Shown here: piece after piece, positions 37,731-51,590 of the stretch
Numbering within the stretch: the stretch's first letter is position 1
How the letters are laid out: each line of letters opens with the position of its first letter
NCBI RefSeq assembly: GCF_009834535.1
Contig: NC_045697.1
Span: forward strand, 51,710,001-51,774,000
Reading direction: 5' to 3'
Source of the DNA: Camelus ferus
Lineage: Eukaryota
Length of the DNA stretch: 64,000 nucleotides
Notes under the pieces: model-generated
What the model was told of the DNA's origin: nothing
Seen by the model: the letters and a program-made list of their open reading frames with translations, nothing else
Databases searched by the model: none
Made by a program: the position numbers and the translations under genes

Positions 37731-38916
37731 GAAAAGGAAAGGAGCAGTGAAGGATGGAGTACAGAAAGGAGCGAATGACTGTTTCCCAGATAAAATCATT
37801 CAACATGTCTCAAGTTCAACCAGGACAGGCAAGTCTGCCAATCTTGCACATGGGAAACGTTTATGAGTACTTTTAATAAAACTTTGTGTGAAAACTGAAT
37901 TGCATGTAGCAAACATATCACTTAGCCCAAGTAAATGAAATTATTAAGTCAGCCAAAGATCAGGGAATATGAAAACATTTCTTTGTATGGTTGAACTGAA
38001 GGATTGAGCAGAGAAATCAAATTTGTTTGAATAAAGGTGTTAAAAGAGTGTGAGTTTGGAACTTTTACCATTGGTCCTAAGAGTACATTTAAAATTCACT
38101 TGCCTACAAGACCCTCTCTCTTAAAAGGAGTAGGTTTGTCAATTTTGGAATCTCTATTATTTGTGTGGATGAGTTCTCTGAGTATACCAGCTTTTATGGT
38201 GGTGCTATAGCACACGTTGGCACAAACAGATGGAATTGACAGAAGAAAATATCTCCCGTCCACTAGAGAAAAATGTTTAAAGGGGATGTTTGATGCATAA
38301 CAGATGGCATGAGAAGTAGCCTGTCAAATTAAGATTGGTGATAATGAATTAGTGAGCACCCTATAATTAACTTAATTAACTTCCAGTTAATCATGATTGT
38401 ATTTCTTACCCCACTGTATGTCCAATTTCTATCTGATTCAAATCATTGTATTTCATATTTTCTATTTCATATTTTTATATACTTTTACCATGCAGATTTA
38501 TCTGTTTTGTTTTACTGTTTCCTAATGGGTGTTTTGTATTTCGTCAGATTGATATCTTAGAGTTGAGGCTGTATGGAGAGCAAGGCTATCGTGTGTTAGC
38601 CATGTGCCTGGCATGTAGAATACATTTGATTTGTGGTTGCTGATTTTAATTGAATATTCCAAATGTATTTGGCCTTTGCTTTATGACAGGACATTTTGTT
38701 TCTTTCTGGTTATTGATAGCATAGGTAATGATGTGGTGACTACCTGAGTGCCTGTGGCTTCATGATTCTTTTGACTTACGGTCTTATAATGAATTCCAAC
38801 AGGGAGATTCTCAGTCAAAGGTTGTGAATATTTTTGTATCTCTTGATTGTGAATGGTGACATCATTTTGCAATGATACTTCCAAAGTTTGAATATTCCTT
38901 TGGTCTTATAAATAAG

Positions 38917-38941
38917 GTTTGTTTGTTTGTTTGTTTGTTTT
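38917..38941. repeat. (GTTT)n microsatellite
   Basis: About 6 units read directly. Confidence 0.9.
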
Positions 38942-39614
38942 ACCTTATCTAGCATTTGTTGTGGCTTTTCTTCTTTCTGACACTTTATAGCTAAAAGTAT
39001 TCTCCAAATTTAGATATAGGTAACAACTTATTTAAATTTTCCTTTTAATTCTAAGCCTTTTTTGAAGTGTGGTTATAGCATGTTTATGGCTTTTATTAAT
39101 ATATGATTTTGTTATAAAATATGCATCTCAATGTTTCAAGAAATGGATAGATCTTTGAGCTTGGACACTTATTAATTATTGTTGCTAGCTTAATTTTCAA
39201 ATCTTTTTTCATGTGGGGTCTTTAAAGTGTTGACATTCCTAAAGTTCTTTTTCCTTCCTCTCTCTCAGTTTTTTGAAATTCTGGTGGCTTCTGAAGTTTT
39301 TTCAAATTGTTAGCACACATCTTTATATGACCTGTGGTACAAAATAATCATTCCTTCCTCAGCTTGGTTACTCTGTAGAGGAGCAAGATAAACTGGAAAA
39401 CCCATCTTGAGCAGCTCCAATAAACAAGAAAAGAAATCTGTGACTATTTAAGATAACCATATCTGGTTAAAAATTATCTAATGACCATTTTTTTTTAAAA
39501 AGGAGATACTCTCAATAGTTAACTTTTTGTTTTTTGGTTCTATTTAAAAGTTTGGAATACTAAATTCTACCCCTTTATGCTAATAGTGTTGTTACTGACA
39601 TTAAGATGATAGCT

Positions 39615-39830
39615 GTTAGTAATAGTAAGTATAATTTGAGATTTGTACACATGCAAGACACTGGATTTCCTGTGCATTTTCTCATTTAATCCTATTATTA
39701 TCCTCCTTTCACAGATGGTGAAACTGAGGTTTTGAGAAGTTAGCAGAAACTTTTCCTAGAGGTCGACATAATGTTCAGAATTGGGTCTGTCCAGTGTTAA
39801 AATACCGTACTTTTAACTGTGATGCTGTGC
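39615..39830 (-). mobile_element. MIR SINE
   Basis: ctcatttaatcct..ttcacagatggtgaaactgagg. Confidence 0.75.
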
Positions 39831-40780
39831 TGCATACATTGGTTTTGATAATTTGCATTTATCCCTAAGTATTTCTTTTTAGAAGTATTTCTGATTGTGT
39901 GGATTTGTATGACCATCATAGTCAAAATATTAAGTAAATACATTTAAAATTTTTATCCAGAATATTCTTGATGACCAGATGTTGATATACACTGGGAAAG
40001 CCATCGTCTAGTCTCTCTGCACAGTTCCTAGTTCTCTCTAAGCCCTACCCCCTAGTTTCAGTCTTTTCCCTAATCCTAGGCTTTTCCCTTAAACAGAGTC
40101 CTCATCCTTCACCAAACTCCAGAGCTAATCAAAATAAAATTGATTCTGATCTTGAACATTTCTAATACATTCGTTATCTAATAGTAGTTTTTATATTTAA
40201 TGGTTTGCAGTGTGTAAAACACCTCTGAAAAGGCAAAAGGACTTTGTGTGTACAAAGCTGTATTTCATTAGCATTTTTCATTAATATTTCCTATGTTCTG
40301 CCAGTTTTTGGCAACCAATGCCCTATGGGCAATAAATAAACTGAGCTTGGTAACATTGCGTCATTTGTGGTCACCAGTTTCCAATAGAATATTTAAGTGT
40401 TCTCTCAAGGTCCTTGTTACATTCAGCCCTGCTCTTACTGAAAATGGCACATATCAAGCAGAAACCCTTTTTGGTGTCTGGAGTTAGTCACTAAATACCT
40501 ATTTGAAATCATGATCATTATTTAATTTAGAAGTTCTTAAACAGGGGACCACGTAGAGGGCTTCAGAATATCTTAGAAGAGCCTGGAGTGTGGGAAGAAA
40601 ATGTGTCACAGGACTATCTTAAAGAAAATTTCTGAGTTTTCATTATTCATTCAGTTACTCATTGAATCATCATTTGCTCAAATTCCACAAAAGAAAACTA
40701 GACCAGAGAAAGTTATAAAACCTTCATATTGTCAAAATGTCATCTGCATGTATTTAACCACTTCTACTTCAATACCAGAC

Positions 40781-41442
40781 TTCATTTATTCATTTTTATT
40801 TTTTAACATTTTTTATTGAGTTATAGTCGTTTTACAATGTTGTGTCAAATTCCAGTTTAGTACACAGTTTTTCAGTTATACACAAACGTACATATATTCA
40901 TTGTCACATTTTTTTTTTGCTGTGAGCTACCACAAGATTTTGTATGTATTTCCCTGTGCTATACAGTATAATCTTGTTTATCTATTCTGCATATGCCTGT
41001 CAGTATCTACAAATTTTGAACCCCCAGTCTATCCCTTCCCATCGCCTTTGGCAACCACAAGTTTGTATTCTATGTCTAGGAGTCTGTTTCCGTTTTGTAT
41101 TTATGTTCTTTTTTTTTTTTTTTTTTTTTTAGATTCTACATGTGAGTGATCTCATACAGTATTTTTCTTTCTCTCTGGCTTACTTCACTTAGAATGACAT
41201 TCTCCAGGGACGTCCATGTTGCTGCAAATGGCGTTATGTTGTCATTTTTATGGCTGAATAGTATTCCATTGTATAAACATACCACTTCTTCTTTATCCAG
41301 TCATCTGTTGATGGACATTTAGGCTGTTTCCATGTCTTGGCTATTGTAAATAGTGCTGCTATGAACATTGGGGTGCAGGTGTCTTTTTGAAGTAGGCTTC
41401 CTTCTGGATATAGGCCCAGGAGCGGGGTTACTGGGTCATATG
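40781..41442 (-). mobile_element. Young 5'-truncated L1 (camelid-type), same family as 3919-4238
   Basis: 3'UTR closely similar to 3930-4238, extends into the ORF2 C-terminus; probable TSD aataccagac (40771) / aatagcagac (41443). Confidence 0.92.
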
Positions 41443-43474
41443 AATAGCAGACCTTTTAGATAACCTATTTTGACCATCTTTTCTGTTCCTATTTTTTGGT
41501 CAAGTTTCCTATGCTGAATGCTAGGCATTTTTGTTGTTGTTGTTGTCTGCTGCTCTCTTTGTTTTTAAGGCAAAGAGGGCGTGGGCATTTGGTCCATGTT
41601 TTTAATTAACGTCATGATCAGTTTGTCTCTAGTTGTGTAAGTGGCCATATTTTAGGGAGAGGGAAGAGGAGGCGCAGGGGTGGGGGGAAGACTGACTATA
41701 ACTTGGAGACTGTGGACCTCTGGGATGATTGGCTGATCTGAGCTTGGATATTTGAAACCTGTTATTTCAGTGATGTATACAGTATACTCTAATAGTCTTA
41801 AACACAGCCCCAGGGTTCCCTCTTCTCTCCTGATGGTAAGAAAATGAATTAATCAGTTTCTTTTCTCCTCATCATCACGAGGGCCACTACCTCCACCTCC
41901 AGATATTGCTAGCCTTTGACTCGCTCGATTAAAGTCCTGCTCTCATGTCAATTAGGATGGACTTTAGTCCCAGAAGTGAAAAAGGAAGCAGTCACTCAGT
42001 GCCAGGGAACCCCTGTCATCTGTGGCTACTCACTCTTCACTTTGTATCCTCCCTCCCTAAGGTAAATTACTGCCTTTCTTATAATTGTCTAGTAAGTTTA
42101 TTTCGTGCATGAAAAAGCAGACAGAGGGTATGAAAGAAAGACATGGAGTGTGCTGTAGAGTTTAAGGATAAACGTTGGTTTGAATTAGTCTTTCATGATT
42201 CTAAGAGAGGACAGTATTTTGTTACAGTTAACTGCTGAGGGATCTGTGTATCCTAGACCTGCCACCAGTTAGCTGTGTCATCTTTACAACTCAGGGTGAG
42301 ATGGACTTGTAGTGCTGCTACAGGCTAGGGGTAAAGCTCGCAGCCTGCTCAGCCCACAGGGAGTCCTCACTAAATATTTGTTTATTGGTGACTTGGAGGC
42401 ATCTTTTGAAATTTCCCAGTTTTAGTGATTTATCTAGGAACTACTACATTCCATTTAAAATAAGACGACGACTTCTATTTAAAGTAAAATATCCAACAAT
42501 CTATATTAACTAATTCCAGAAGCATGTAATAGCTAATCTGGAAGTGACTCTTATTCCTTTTGCCTGCCTAGCTATCAGATCGCTGAACATTCCAAACCTA
42601 TTCAAAATAAAATTGATTGTGTTCCCTTAAATTGCAAATGAATTACAGTGTTATTACTGTTGTGTGAGTATTTAATGATTTTCAGCTTGTAAAAGTAAAT
42701 GATTTATCTCTAATGTTTGCTGTGTTCTGCCAGTTTCTTGTAAGTGATGCCTATCGACAATGAGCAAGCAGAAGCCCATAAAATTCACTCACTACTGGAG
42801 GACATTTTGGGTTACTAAAAAGAGCTCTCTTCATTTATTAATTTTTGATTTTCCTTATAAATGTAGCACATCTTGATTTCATTTAGCATTTAGAAATGCT
42901 AAAATAATTTTAAACATAGGAGAAAAAAATTACATCCCTACAACTCAAAGGTCTGTATTATTTAAATTTTGAGTAATGTCCTTCCATGATTATTTCTGCA
43001 AATTTAAAACTGTTATCTCTCAAGAAATGCCATTTTGAATCCATTCACTTTAGTATATTTCTGCTGGATTTTCTTCTGTCTTTTGATCCTTTTGTAATTC
43101 CTCTCTGTGGGCTTGGAGCACTACACAGGGAGTGCTCTGTTTAAAAGCAAAACAAGTGAAGAAGCAAATATACACAAATAAATAATGAACCCACAATACA
43201 AGAGGAGCCCACCATTCTAAGCAGCATGGTATGTGGAAAATGTACAATATCCCCAAACGGTGGCCTCGCATGGAAGGTAGGGATCACGTGGACGTGACCG
43301 CTGGTAAGGCTCAGTGGATGCCTTTGTAAATGAATTATCAGCATTTTCAGCAGGTCTAAGTACTTTAAAAAATCACTTAGAAATTATTTTAAATGTGTTT
43401 GTCTTTGACTCTAGGATATAGCGGATATCTAAACAGCTCACTAAGGACATTGCTGGTGGAGGGCATACAAATGC

Positions 43475-44190
43475 CAGGGGTGGATTCAGGTTTCGTGGGA
43501 TCTGAAACCTGCATAAAATTAGGTTACAATACTGACTATTCATTTGGCATGAGAAAAAAAATCCCTAAAATTACAAACTTGCTAAAGCTGACCAATATTA
43601 CTATCATCTCAAGATCCAGAAGAAGCATAATGTTTTTTATTAAGTGACTGTTGGCATATTTCTGTGTTTTTTCCTTTTTTTTTTTTTTTTTTTTTGGCTC
43701 CCATCCTTTAATCTCCTCTTTATCACTGATTTTGCAATATCATTTTTTTGTAGAGAATATGGAAAGTTAAGTCGTTTTTTTCCTTTAGGGTGGTGGATCA
43801 GAATTAGTATTTTATTAATGATAACTGAGATGCAAACAACACGTGCCTATTACAGATAATAAAGATGACGTGCCATCTCTATTGTTTATAGTACTGCTAC
43901 TGGATTGTGCCTTACAAACAAAGGAGTTCTGATAAATTCAATCTTACGCATTTCTCATTAAAAAAAGGAAAAAAATCAGCACAGATAGAGTGCTCATAAT
44001 TACATATGTTCAATTATCAAATATATTTCTGACAAGGGTGAATTTCCATTTTGAGCAGGCACTGATGAAAATCAGTTCCTTTGCAGTTTTGCATATCTGA
44101 GGACTGGGAGAATTTTCTGCAGTCCAGATTCTGGCTTCATACATTTCAAACCCTGTTTCTTCTCCACTAATCATACACTTCCAGGCCATG
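43475..44190. mobile_element. Arthur1-like hAT-Tip100 DNA transposon fragment
   Basis: Terminus caggggtggattcaggtttcgtgggatctgaa; first ~350 bp homologous to 50253-50630. Confidence 0.7.
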
Positions 44191-44334
44191 CACTTTTTCT
44201 GATTCTATCTTTGTTTCATCCTCATAGTGCAATTAATATCCCTTTTCTGGTCTTCTTCAATCTATTACATTTTATTAAGGTAACTTTTCAACTAATGTGA
44301 TTTTATCTAGGACAAAGCCTACTAACTGATAAGA

Positions 44335-44560
44335 ACGATAGTAATAGCTAATAAGTGTCAAGCACTGTGTGTCAGGCTTGTGCCAAGTTGCTGTGCCATC
44401 AATCCTTGAAGCAACTCTCTGGAGTGATTGCTGTACTGATCCCAATTTTACAGATGAGAAAACTGAACTTGGAATTTCTGTTCAGGTCTGCCAGACTCCC
44501 AAGCTTGCGACTCACTTATAATGGGGTAGGTTTGAATCCAAACATGACCCTATGTTTTCA
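44335..44560 (-). mobile_element. MIR SINE
   Basis: taatagctaa..gcactgtgtgtcagg..ttttacagatgagaaaactga..tttgaatcca. Confidence 0.75.
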
Positions 44561-45369
44561 TTAGTATGAGTATAGTAATATAATATTAATAATATAATTA
44601 CACTAATTCATACTATATATATTCTAATCACAATTCCCCATATCTTTGGATTTTCTTAATTTAGTGGTTCTAGCCCTTCTGACAACAAATCATTTTATAG
44701 TAAGTTATCTATAAAACTAAAAATGCTTATGTCAGACGGAATTATTAGAGTAAACTTTTCAGAATTCTATGCAATAATGTATTATTTTGTAAGCAGAAAA
44801 GATCCAATACTTAATTCAAAAAATTAGTACCACAAAATAAAATAACCAGTCCTTATGAGTTGAAATACAGAATTTACTAATTTCATTAATATTTTTCATT
44901 CAAATTGCTTTTAGTCTTTGTGAATGAAAGTAAAATGTTAACGCTCCTCATCTTTGTTTTAAAGTTTCAGAAGTGTGTGTGTCTACACATATTCCCACCA
45001 AATTGGCAAAGTTAATACAGCCTTAAAGTCAAAATCTATCCAGTTCTTCCTTTTCTCACTGTAGAACGCGAAGTTTGGTATTTTTGGAGGCAGAGAGTTT
45101 CTCTTTTAACTCCTGAAGCTCACTTGGTGCTTTACTTAAAGTTAACTATCATGACAACCATTCCTACTGAGTTTGCACTCTGGTCCTTGTTTTAACACAC
45201 TTGTCTCACAAGCAAAGGGAAAGAAAATCAACAAGTGCCAGTCTTAAGGATGGCCATTGTGTACTGGGACCACACCACTTTGTATTTGTGTTACTTCATT
45301 GTTCTCCAAAGGGTTATTATCTAACCGAACAGATTTATCTCATTTAAAATGTTTATTAGAGATATTAAT

Positions 45370-45550
45370 ATGCAGGGATTCTGGAGCCAGATGCTTGGAT
45401 TTGAATCCCACCTCTACCACGTATGAGCAGTGTTTTCCTTTAAGTGATTTAGCCTTTTTGTGCCTCAGTTTCCTTATCTATGCAATACAAATGATTGGAA
45501 CCCCGAGCACTACACACTAAACTCTCAGTTAAGTCTTAGCTGTTATTTTT
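45370..45550 (+). mobile_element. MIR SINE
   Basis: tctggagccagatgcttggatttgaatcccacctctaccac..tgtgcctcagtttccttatct. Confidence 0.85.
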
Positions 45551-45730
45551 AACAGCAGGCAGGCTCTGTAGTTACAAGGAGGAATAACTCTAGATGTATT
45601 AGGACTGGTTCTCTGCAACTATTTCTACTACCAACAGGCATGAGGTTTTAAATGGTATTATCAAAGATTCATCAGGAACCTCCTAATAAATCCAGATTCC
45701 CCTCAGAGGGGTGATAAGTCATCATTTCCA

Positions 45731-46160
45731 CATTTTTGAGGTGTAATTAACATATAACATGATATTCGTTCCAGGTGTACAACATAATGGTTCCATATTT
45801 GTATATCTTGTGAAATGATCTGTACTGTACTTGGTTAATAGATTTTGTTTTTCTTATGATAAGATCTACTCTCTCAGCAACTTCCAAATGTGCAATACAG
45901 CATTAGTAATTATATTTACCATGCTGTATGTCACTTCCTTATGACTTACTTTATAAATGAAAGTTTTTATTTTATCTTTATATGGAAAAGTTTTTTTTAA
46001 ATGGAAAAGTTTTTATTTTTATTTTCATATGGAAGTTTGTACTTTCTGAGCCCCTTCACCCATTCGCCCACCCCTCATCTTCTGCCTCTGGCAACCACCA
46101 ATCAGATTCCACATACAATTGAGATCATATGGTGGTATCTTTCTTTCTCTGTGTGGTGAT
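45731..46160 (-). mobile_element. L1MA9-like 3'UTR fragment
   Basis: aggtgtacaacataat..taagatctactctctcagcaactt..ctctggcaaccacca..agattccacata. Confidence 0.8.
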
Positions 46161-46214
46161 TTTTTGGGGGGTTTTTGTTCATTTGTTTGTTTGTTTTTTA
46201 GAATGTTAGTGGGT

Positions 46215-46380
46215 GGTGAGAAAAATGAAATGTAATAAAATAAAGCAAAGGTTTGTGGTCAAATACATTTAGGGAGCATTTGGTTAAGCACTCTAGCTTC
46301 TTTTACAGTAGGACTCTTCAGATCTTTTGATACACAAATATAATAACAAACTTCTAAGTAGAGTCAAAGTACAGAGCAAT
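46215..46380. mobile_element. Possible MER103-like hAT fragment
   Basis: tggtcaaatacatttaggga..ggttaag..ttcttttacagtaggact..cagatctttt. Confidence 0.4.
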
Positions 46381-47046
46381 GGCTGCAGGGGGATTTCTCA
46401 CTTCCCCAGCCTCTCCTCGACCTTCTTTAAAGACCATTCCTCATGTTTATTTTTCTTTGAGGCCAGACTCTGTTATACCCCTTAGGAGATTATCAGCTTA
46501 AGATGTAGTAGAACAACATTTGACAATTCAACATGGCAGATAGTTGCAACCAAGATTGTGGTTTCAGGCTGAGGGAGAGGCTGTGAAGGAGGTGGTGATG
46601 GGAGGTACCAAAGGCAAGGGAACCTGAGTCACTTGGTAGGAGTAAATGGCTAAGACCATCTACACTGCAGAGACCCCTTCCACTCGTGCATAAAATTGGC
46701 TCGTATGCATTTGTATTATGAGACCTGTAGGGATGCAGACCAGTGCTGAATTTGATTTAATAAGAAACTTAGTTGAAAACAGGAGCCTGGTTGCTCAGGC
46801 AGTTTCAAAAGGAGGGTCTTACTGGATGGTGGACTTATGTGCTAATGTGCTGTTCCCTAGCCTGATACGGCAGCTTGAGAAACAGTTTCACTGGGAAGCA
46901 ATTTGAAATGTGAAATACCCGAGTCCTAACTTGTGCTTCCTCAAGGTAATTAGGACAACTTTGTTTATGAGAAAAAAAAGGGAGATCGGTTTTACAGAAA
47001 TACCCCAAAACATGTTCATTGACTGGTAAACATACTATATTTATTT

Positions 47047-47085
47047 AATTATGTTATGTTACGTTATGTTATGTTACATTATGTT
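47047..47085. repeat. (TATGT)n pentanucleotide microsatellite, imperfect
   Basis: ttatgttatgttacgttatgttatgttacattatgtt. Confidence 0.85.
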
Positions 47086-48140
47086 CTATTGATTATATTA
47101 ATACAGCAAATGTATTATACATACATATATTATAAAATGACTCTGTTGTTATAGTTGACACTTTGCAGATGATAAAGTTATATAGCTGGCCAATACTTTT
47201 TAAGATTTCCAAGCACAACAGCTTTTATTTTTGCAAACAGTTTCTGTTTTTATAAATGTGATTCCATGAATAAAAGGAAAAACAACTTTAAAAATATTTT
47301 TTACTGTTTAAAACCTCCAATAATGATCCACTTACATATGAGCATAATGGGTGGATTATATATTTCCTTCAACATACATCATTTACTTCTGAAAAATATG
47401 TTCAGAAATATATATTGGGTTTTGCTTTTGGTTTCATTATTTTGAAATTTTGAAAAGTATTTGGAGCCAGTTAGTGTAACAAACTTTTTTCCCCAGTATC
47501 ATCAGTATCATGCTATTTCTGCATCTGTAGTTACAAACTTCTGGATCTGAAAAATGTTCAATTTACATCATAAAATAGCATTGGCCTTATTTCTAAATAT
47601 ACTGGCATTAGAACAGGGCTAGCTTTTCCACTAGTGCGTCCACACCTCTTTTAAATATTTGGTTTCATATATTTTCTTTTGATTGCCAATCTAGTATATT
47701 CATGGTTTGCTACCATTTTGGAACCTGCCAGTAAGAAATGACCTCAGACATTATTGAGAAATCAGTGTCATTCTTTTCCCATTATCGACTGTTTTGTTTT
47801 TTGTTTTGCCTTTTTTTTTTTTTTTTCCTTTGGCTGACATCTGTTCTGAGCAGCTCAGATTCATTTTAGCCAGGAGGCAGTCACTTTGTGCTAAATGTTA
47901 GTTGACCTTCAAGAATCCATAGATCCAGCCAGGATTGGGTCAGACTTGATCCTTTCCAGTTTTAGATACCTGGCCAACTTCTCCGGCCAGAATTCAGCTT
48001 TGACACTCCTAAAGGTCTGCAGATGATTTCATGAAAAGGTATGCTGTCCTTCCACTTGTCTGCAGTCTGTCTCTTTAGTGCAAATAATGGAAATTGTGTG
48101 TTAGTGCTATTTTCTTTTGGAACATCTTATCAGATGGCAG

Positions 48141-48352
48141 TTTCTTTCTTTCTGCTTTTCTTTACTTTCTACCTTCCTTCCTCCCTTCCTCCCTTCCTTC
48201 CTTCCTTCCTTCCTTGCTTCCTTTCTCTTTCACTGTCTCCCTCTTTCTCTGTTCACTTCCTCCCTCTCTTCCCTTTTCCGCTCTTCCTCTTTATTTCTCT
48301 CTCCCCTCTGCCCCCAACACATTCCTTCTCCTATTCCTCCTATTCTTTTTCT
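48141..48352. repeat. CT-rich low-complexity tract with (CCTT)n core
   Basis: Read directly. Confidence 0.9.
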
Positions 48353-49089
48353 GAGAGTAGTGAGGGATGGAAACATTCATACACTGTTTTTGTCTATCTG
48401 AACCGTCCTGGTTCTTTTATGAAGGTCCTTCTAGCAAGGCAGGTGAGAGAGACTGTCATGATTGCACCAGCCACCAGCTGGAATGGACCAGTATTGCTGA
48501 TTGAGAAGAACTTCATGGAGACTGCATCTTTGTGGGAGTAGAACCTTTGTCACAGATTAGGTTCACCGTAGACATTCTTGATGTCATAATCATGGCAGGC
48601 CTTATGTGTATTTGTGGCATTGGCACCATTGAAAGTCTAGGAAAAAATTCTCTAGGACAAACCAGTTGCTACCTCTACACAGGCAGGGTGAAGCACTGTG
48701 TTGTAAAAGACTTCTGCAGAGAACAGCGATTTGGAAATAGTCACAGGATGGATTAAATGTAGATTTTTGTAGTTTTGATGCCTCTTACACAGACGCATAA
48801 ACAAGTCTTGCCTGAAAAACTAAATGAGATGTCTTTTTCTAGGGCAGGAGTGCCTTACATGCTTTTCCTTAGTGCCAAAGCCCAGTCACATGGCCCCTGC
48901 AGCATATTTATGATCACAAAAGCTGGTTACATCATTCAGTGCCTCTGTGAAGTACAAAAATATGGTTCCAAGCAGTGGTCATATAAAGAAAAATGTAATA
49001 CCGGCTTTGTCTACCCCTTTTCCAAAACAAACAGTGTAATATAACCTTTGAGACAGATCTGGAGTCATGCACACCAAGATTATTAGTGT

Positions 49090-51305
49090 CATTTTTCAGA
49101 ACAGTGTATTGAGGGCTTAAGAGGGCAGGTGAAGCACTGTTCTAGGTGGTGGGGCCACCATGATGAGAATGCCAGGCAAGGTTTCTAGAGAGAGATGGAT
49201 AGTAAACCAATAAATATACACAAAATCAGATTAATAAAGGACTAAGTGTGACGCAGAGAAATAAAACACGGTGAGGTGACAAGAAGTGACTGAGGTGTTT
49301 GAGGTACTCAGGGAGAGGTGATGTTTAGGTTGACAGCGGAAAGAAAAGAAAGTGTGAGATTTAAGGAAAATCAGGAGGATCGAGAGGCAAAACATATCAG
49401 GCAGAGAGAACTGCTAAGGAGGGGAGCTTTGGGTTAGAGGACAAAGTCAGCGAGACGGGAAAAAGTCACACCTTATATTGTAGACCAGAGTAAAACGTTT
49501 AATTGTCGGTGCCATGGAGGGTTTTAAGCAGAAGGATGATGTAGTACGATCTACTTTTTTTAAAAAAAGGTAAACTTGCTGTGTAGAGAATGGAATGGGG
49601 GAGGGGCAAGTCTAAGGAAGAGACTTGTTTTCAAGGTGAAAGATGATGGTGGCTTGGACCATAGCAGCAGTAAGGGGGATGAAAAGGAGAGATGAATTTG
49701 GGATAACTTTTGAGGGTAGATTGACAAGATTTGCTGATAAATGTGACTTGTGGAGTGAGAGAAAGAGAGGAAACAGTGGTTAAGTCTCAGATTTTGGCTG
49801 TGAGGAAAAGTACTGATGGGGTATTTCCTAAAATGGGGACCTCTAGTGGGGCAGTGGGTTTAGGTAGCAAGTTCAAGAGTTCTGTTTTGGCCGTGGAGAG
49901 TACGAGAGGTCTGTTAGATGCTCCTGTGGAGATGTGTCGAGTAGGCAGCTGTATAACCAAGACGGGAGCCTCACCATGAGGACAGGGCTGGAGATTTAGG
50001 TGACACCAGCAGTTGGAGATGCACTTTAGAGTCACGGGATTGGATGGGATCCCCTAAGGGAGGTAAATTGTCAGAAAAAAGAAGGGGATCCAGAACAGAG
50101 TCTTCATGCCCCATTACAAGAAGTATGGACATTTTATGGGTTAGAGAAAGATCTAGTAAATGAGACAGACGAGTAGTCAGTATAATGGGAGGAAAAGGAA
50201 GAGAGTATTATTCCCCAGAGGCCAAGGGAAGATAGCGTTTTCAACAATGAGTCAGATGTGGCTTTAGGTTTGGTGGGATCTGAACTTAATCAATGCTAGG
50301 GTCTTTTTAAAGATAAATAATGTAGAATTATTAATACCAATTAGGTACTAATGTGATTATTTAGAATGAGAAAGAAACCTTGGAAAATCACAAAGTAAAG
50401 AGCTAAAAAATGCCACACATATCACAGAATTCAGGAAAACATAATTTTGTTAATTGAAACACCTGCTGCACTTACATAACACTTTTTCTTCTACTTTTTT
50501 GTGGGGTGTACTTATTCTGGTATTGCTTCTTTGTATTACAATTTTGTAATATATTTTATAGAGAGAGTAGACAGGTAATTAGCTCAGTATTTATCATGGC
50601 TGTTTGAAATTATAGTTTTATTATTGATATATTTAGAAAAGTTATTTTAAGTATCACAGCCTACTACTGATAATGTCATGTAAAATTTTTAGGATTATTG
50701 CCAAAATGTGGAAAGCATCTCTCACATTTCTTTCATAGATGAGCTTTAAGATTTCAGGGCATTTCAAGTTTGCACACACACTGACTGATCATAAATAATC
50801 TTTGACTTGATGATACTCATCAACTAGTGTATTACTGATGTTTTTGTAACCCAGGAAGGCGTTTCTACCCTGGGGACAAGTAGCAATAACTGAACTACAC
50901 AAGAAAGTTATGTGAACCACAGAAATAGACCCCACTGAACCCACATTGAATATACTCCCGACTCAGTTTCTATCTATACAGATCCCAAAAATGCTCACCA
51001 GAGCCTCCCAACATAAGGGCAAATGTGATAGAGGGGAAGTCAAAGTGAAAGAGACAGCAGTCTTAACAAGTTGAGGATAACATATCTTATTTTTTGCAAT
51101 GTGTCATGGAAATGCTTCATGGAACATTGTTAAGGCCCCTCCCTGGGCCTTAGATGTGATGTTTGCAAAAAAAAAAAAAAGGGGGGTCTGAACCTTAAAC
51201 TTCTTTAGCTTCCTCTGGAAGCAGAGAGTAATAAGGTGAGGTACACACAGGACAGGCAAAAGATCAGGTGAGATGAAAACAGAGAGGCCTCCATTGGATT
51301 TATAC
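49090..51305 (-). mobile_element. L2 (long, degenerate) interrupted by an Arthur1-like element
   Basis: gcactgttctaggtg..; gccatggagggttttaagcagaagga; gatgatggtggcttggacca; resumes after ~51225 with gatcaggtgagatga..ccattggattta. Confidence 0.8.
50253..51222. mobile_element. Arthur1-like (MER69-type) hAT-Tip100 element with both ends
   Basis: Left cagatgtggctttaggtttggtgggatctgaa; right acattgttaaggcccctccctgggcctt..ttaaacttctttagcttc. Confidence 0.72.
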
Positions 51306-51590
51306 TCAAAAATTAATTATTTTGGGTGAAGAAAATAAGTCTAGGTCTTTGGTGAAAATTCAGTGGAAGTAGCACTGTGATGGGCCTGACAAGTACACTG
51401 GTGAAACCTGCAGGCCAGCAGGGACACGTGATTACGTTTTTAGACATGAACTGCACGGGGTGACTTCCCGTTTTCCTCTCTGAAACAAAGGAAGAGACAA
51501 ACTAGGGCTGACACTTGCTGTGTTAGGGTCAGAATTTTTGCCTTTTAGAGTCATTTGTGTTCCTTTTTTTTTTTTTAACTTTGTATAACC

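Noticed and set aside
39085..39106. TATGGCTTTT resembling miR-135
   Set aside because: Seed-length match only; no precursor hairpin
48041..48541. Overlapping L/F/P/S-rich ORFs
   Set aside because: Caused by the CT-rich low-complexity tract
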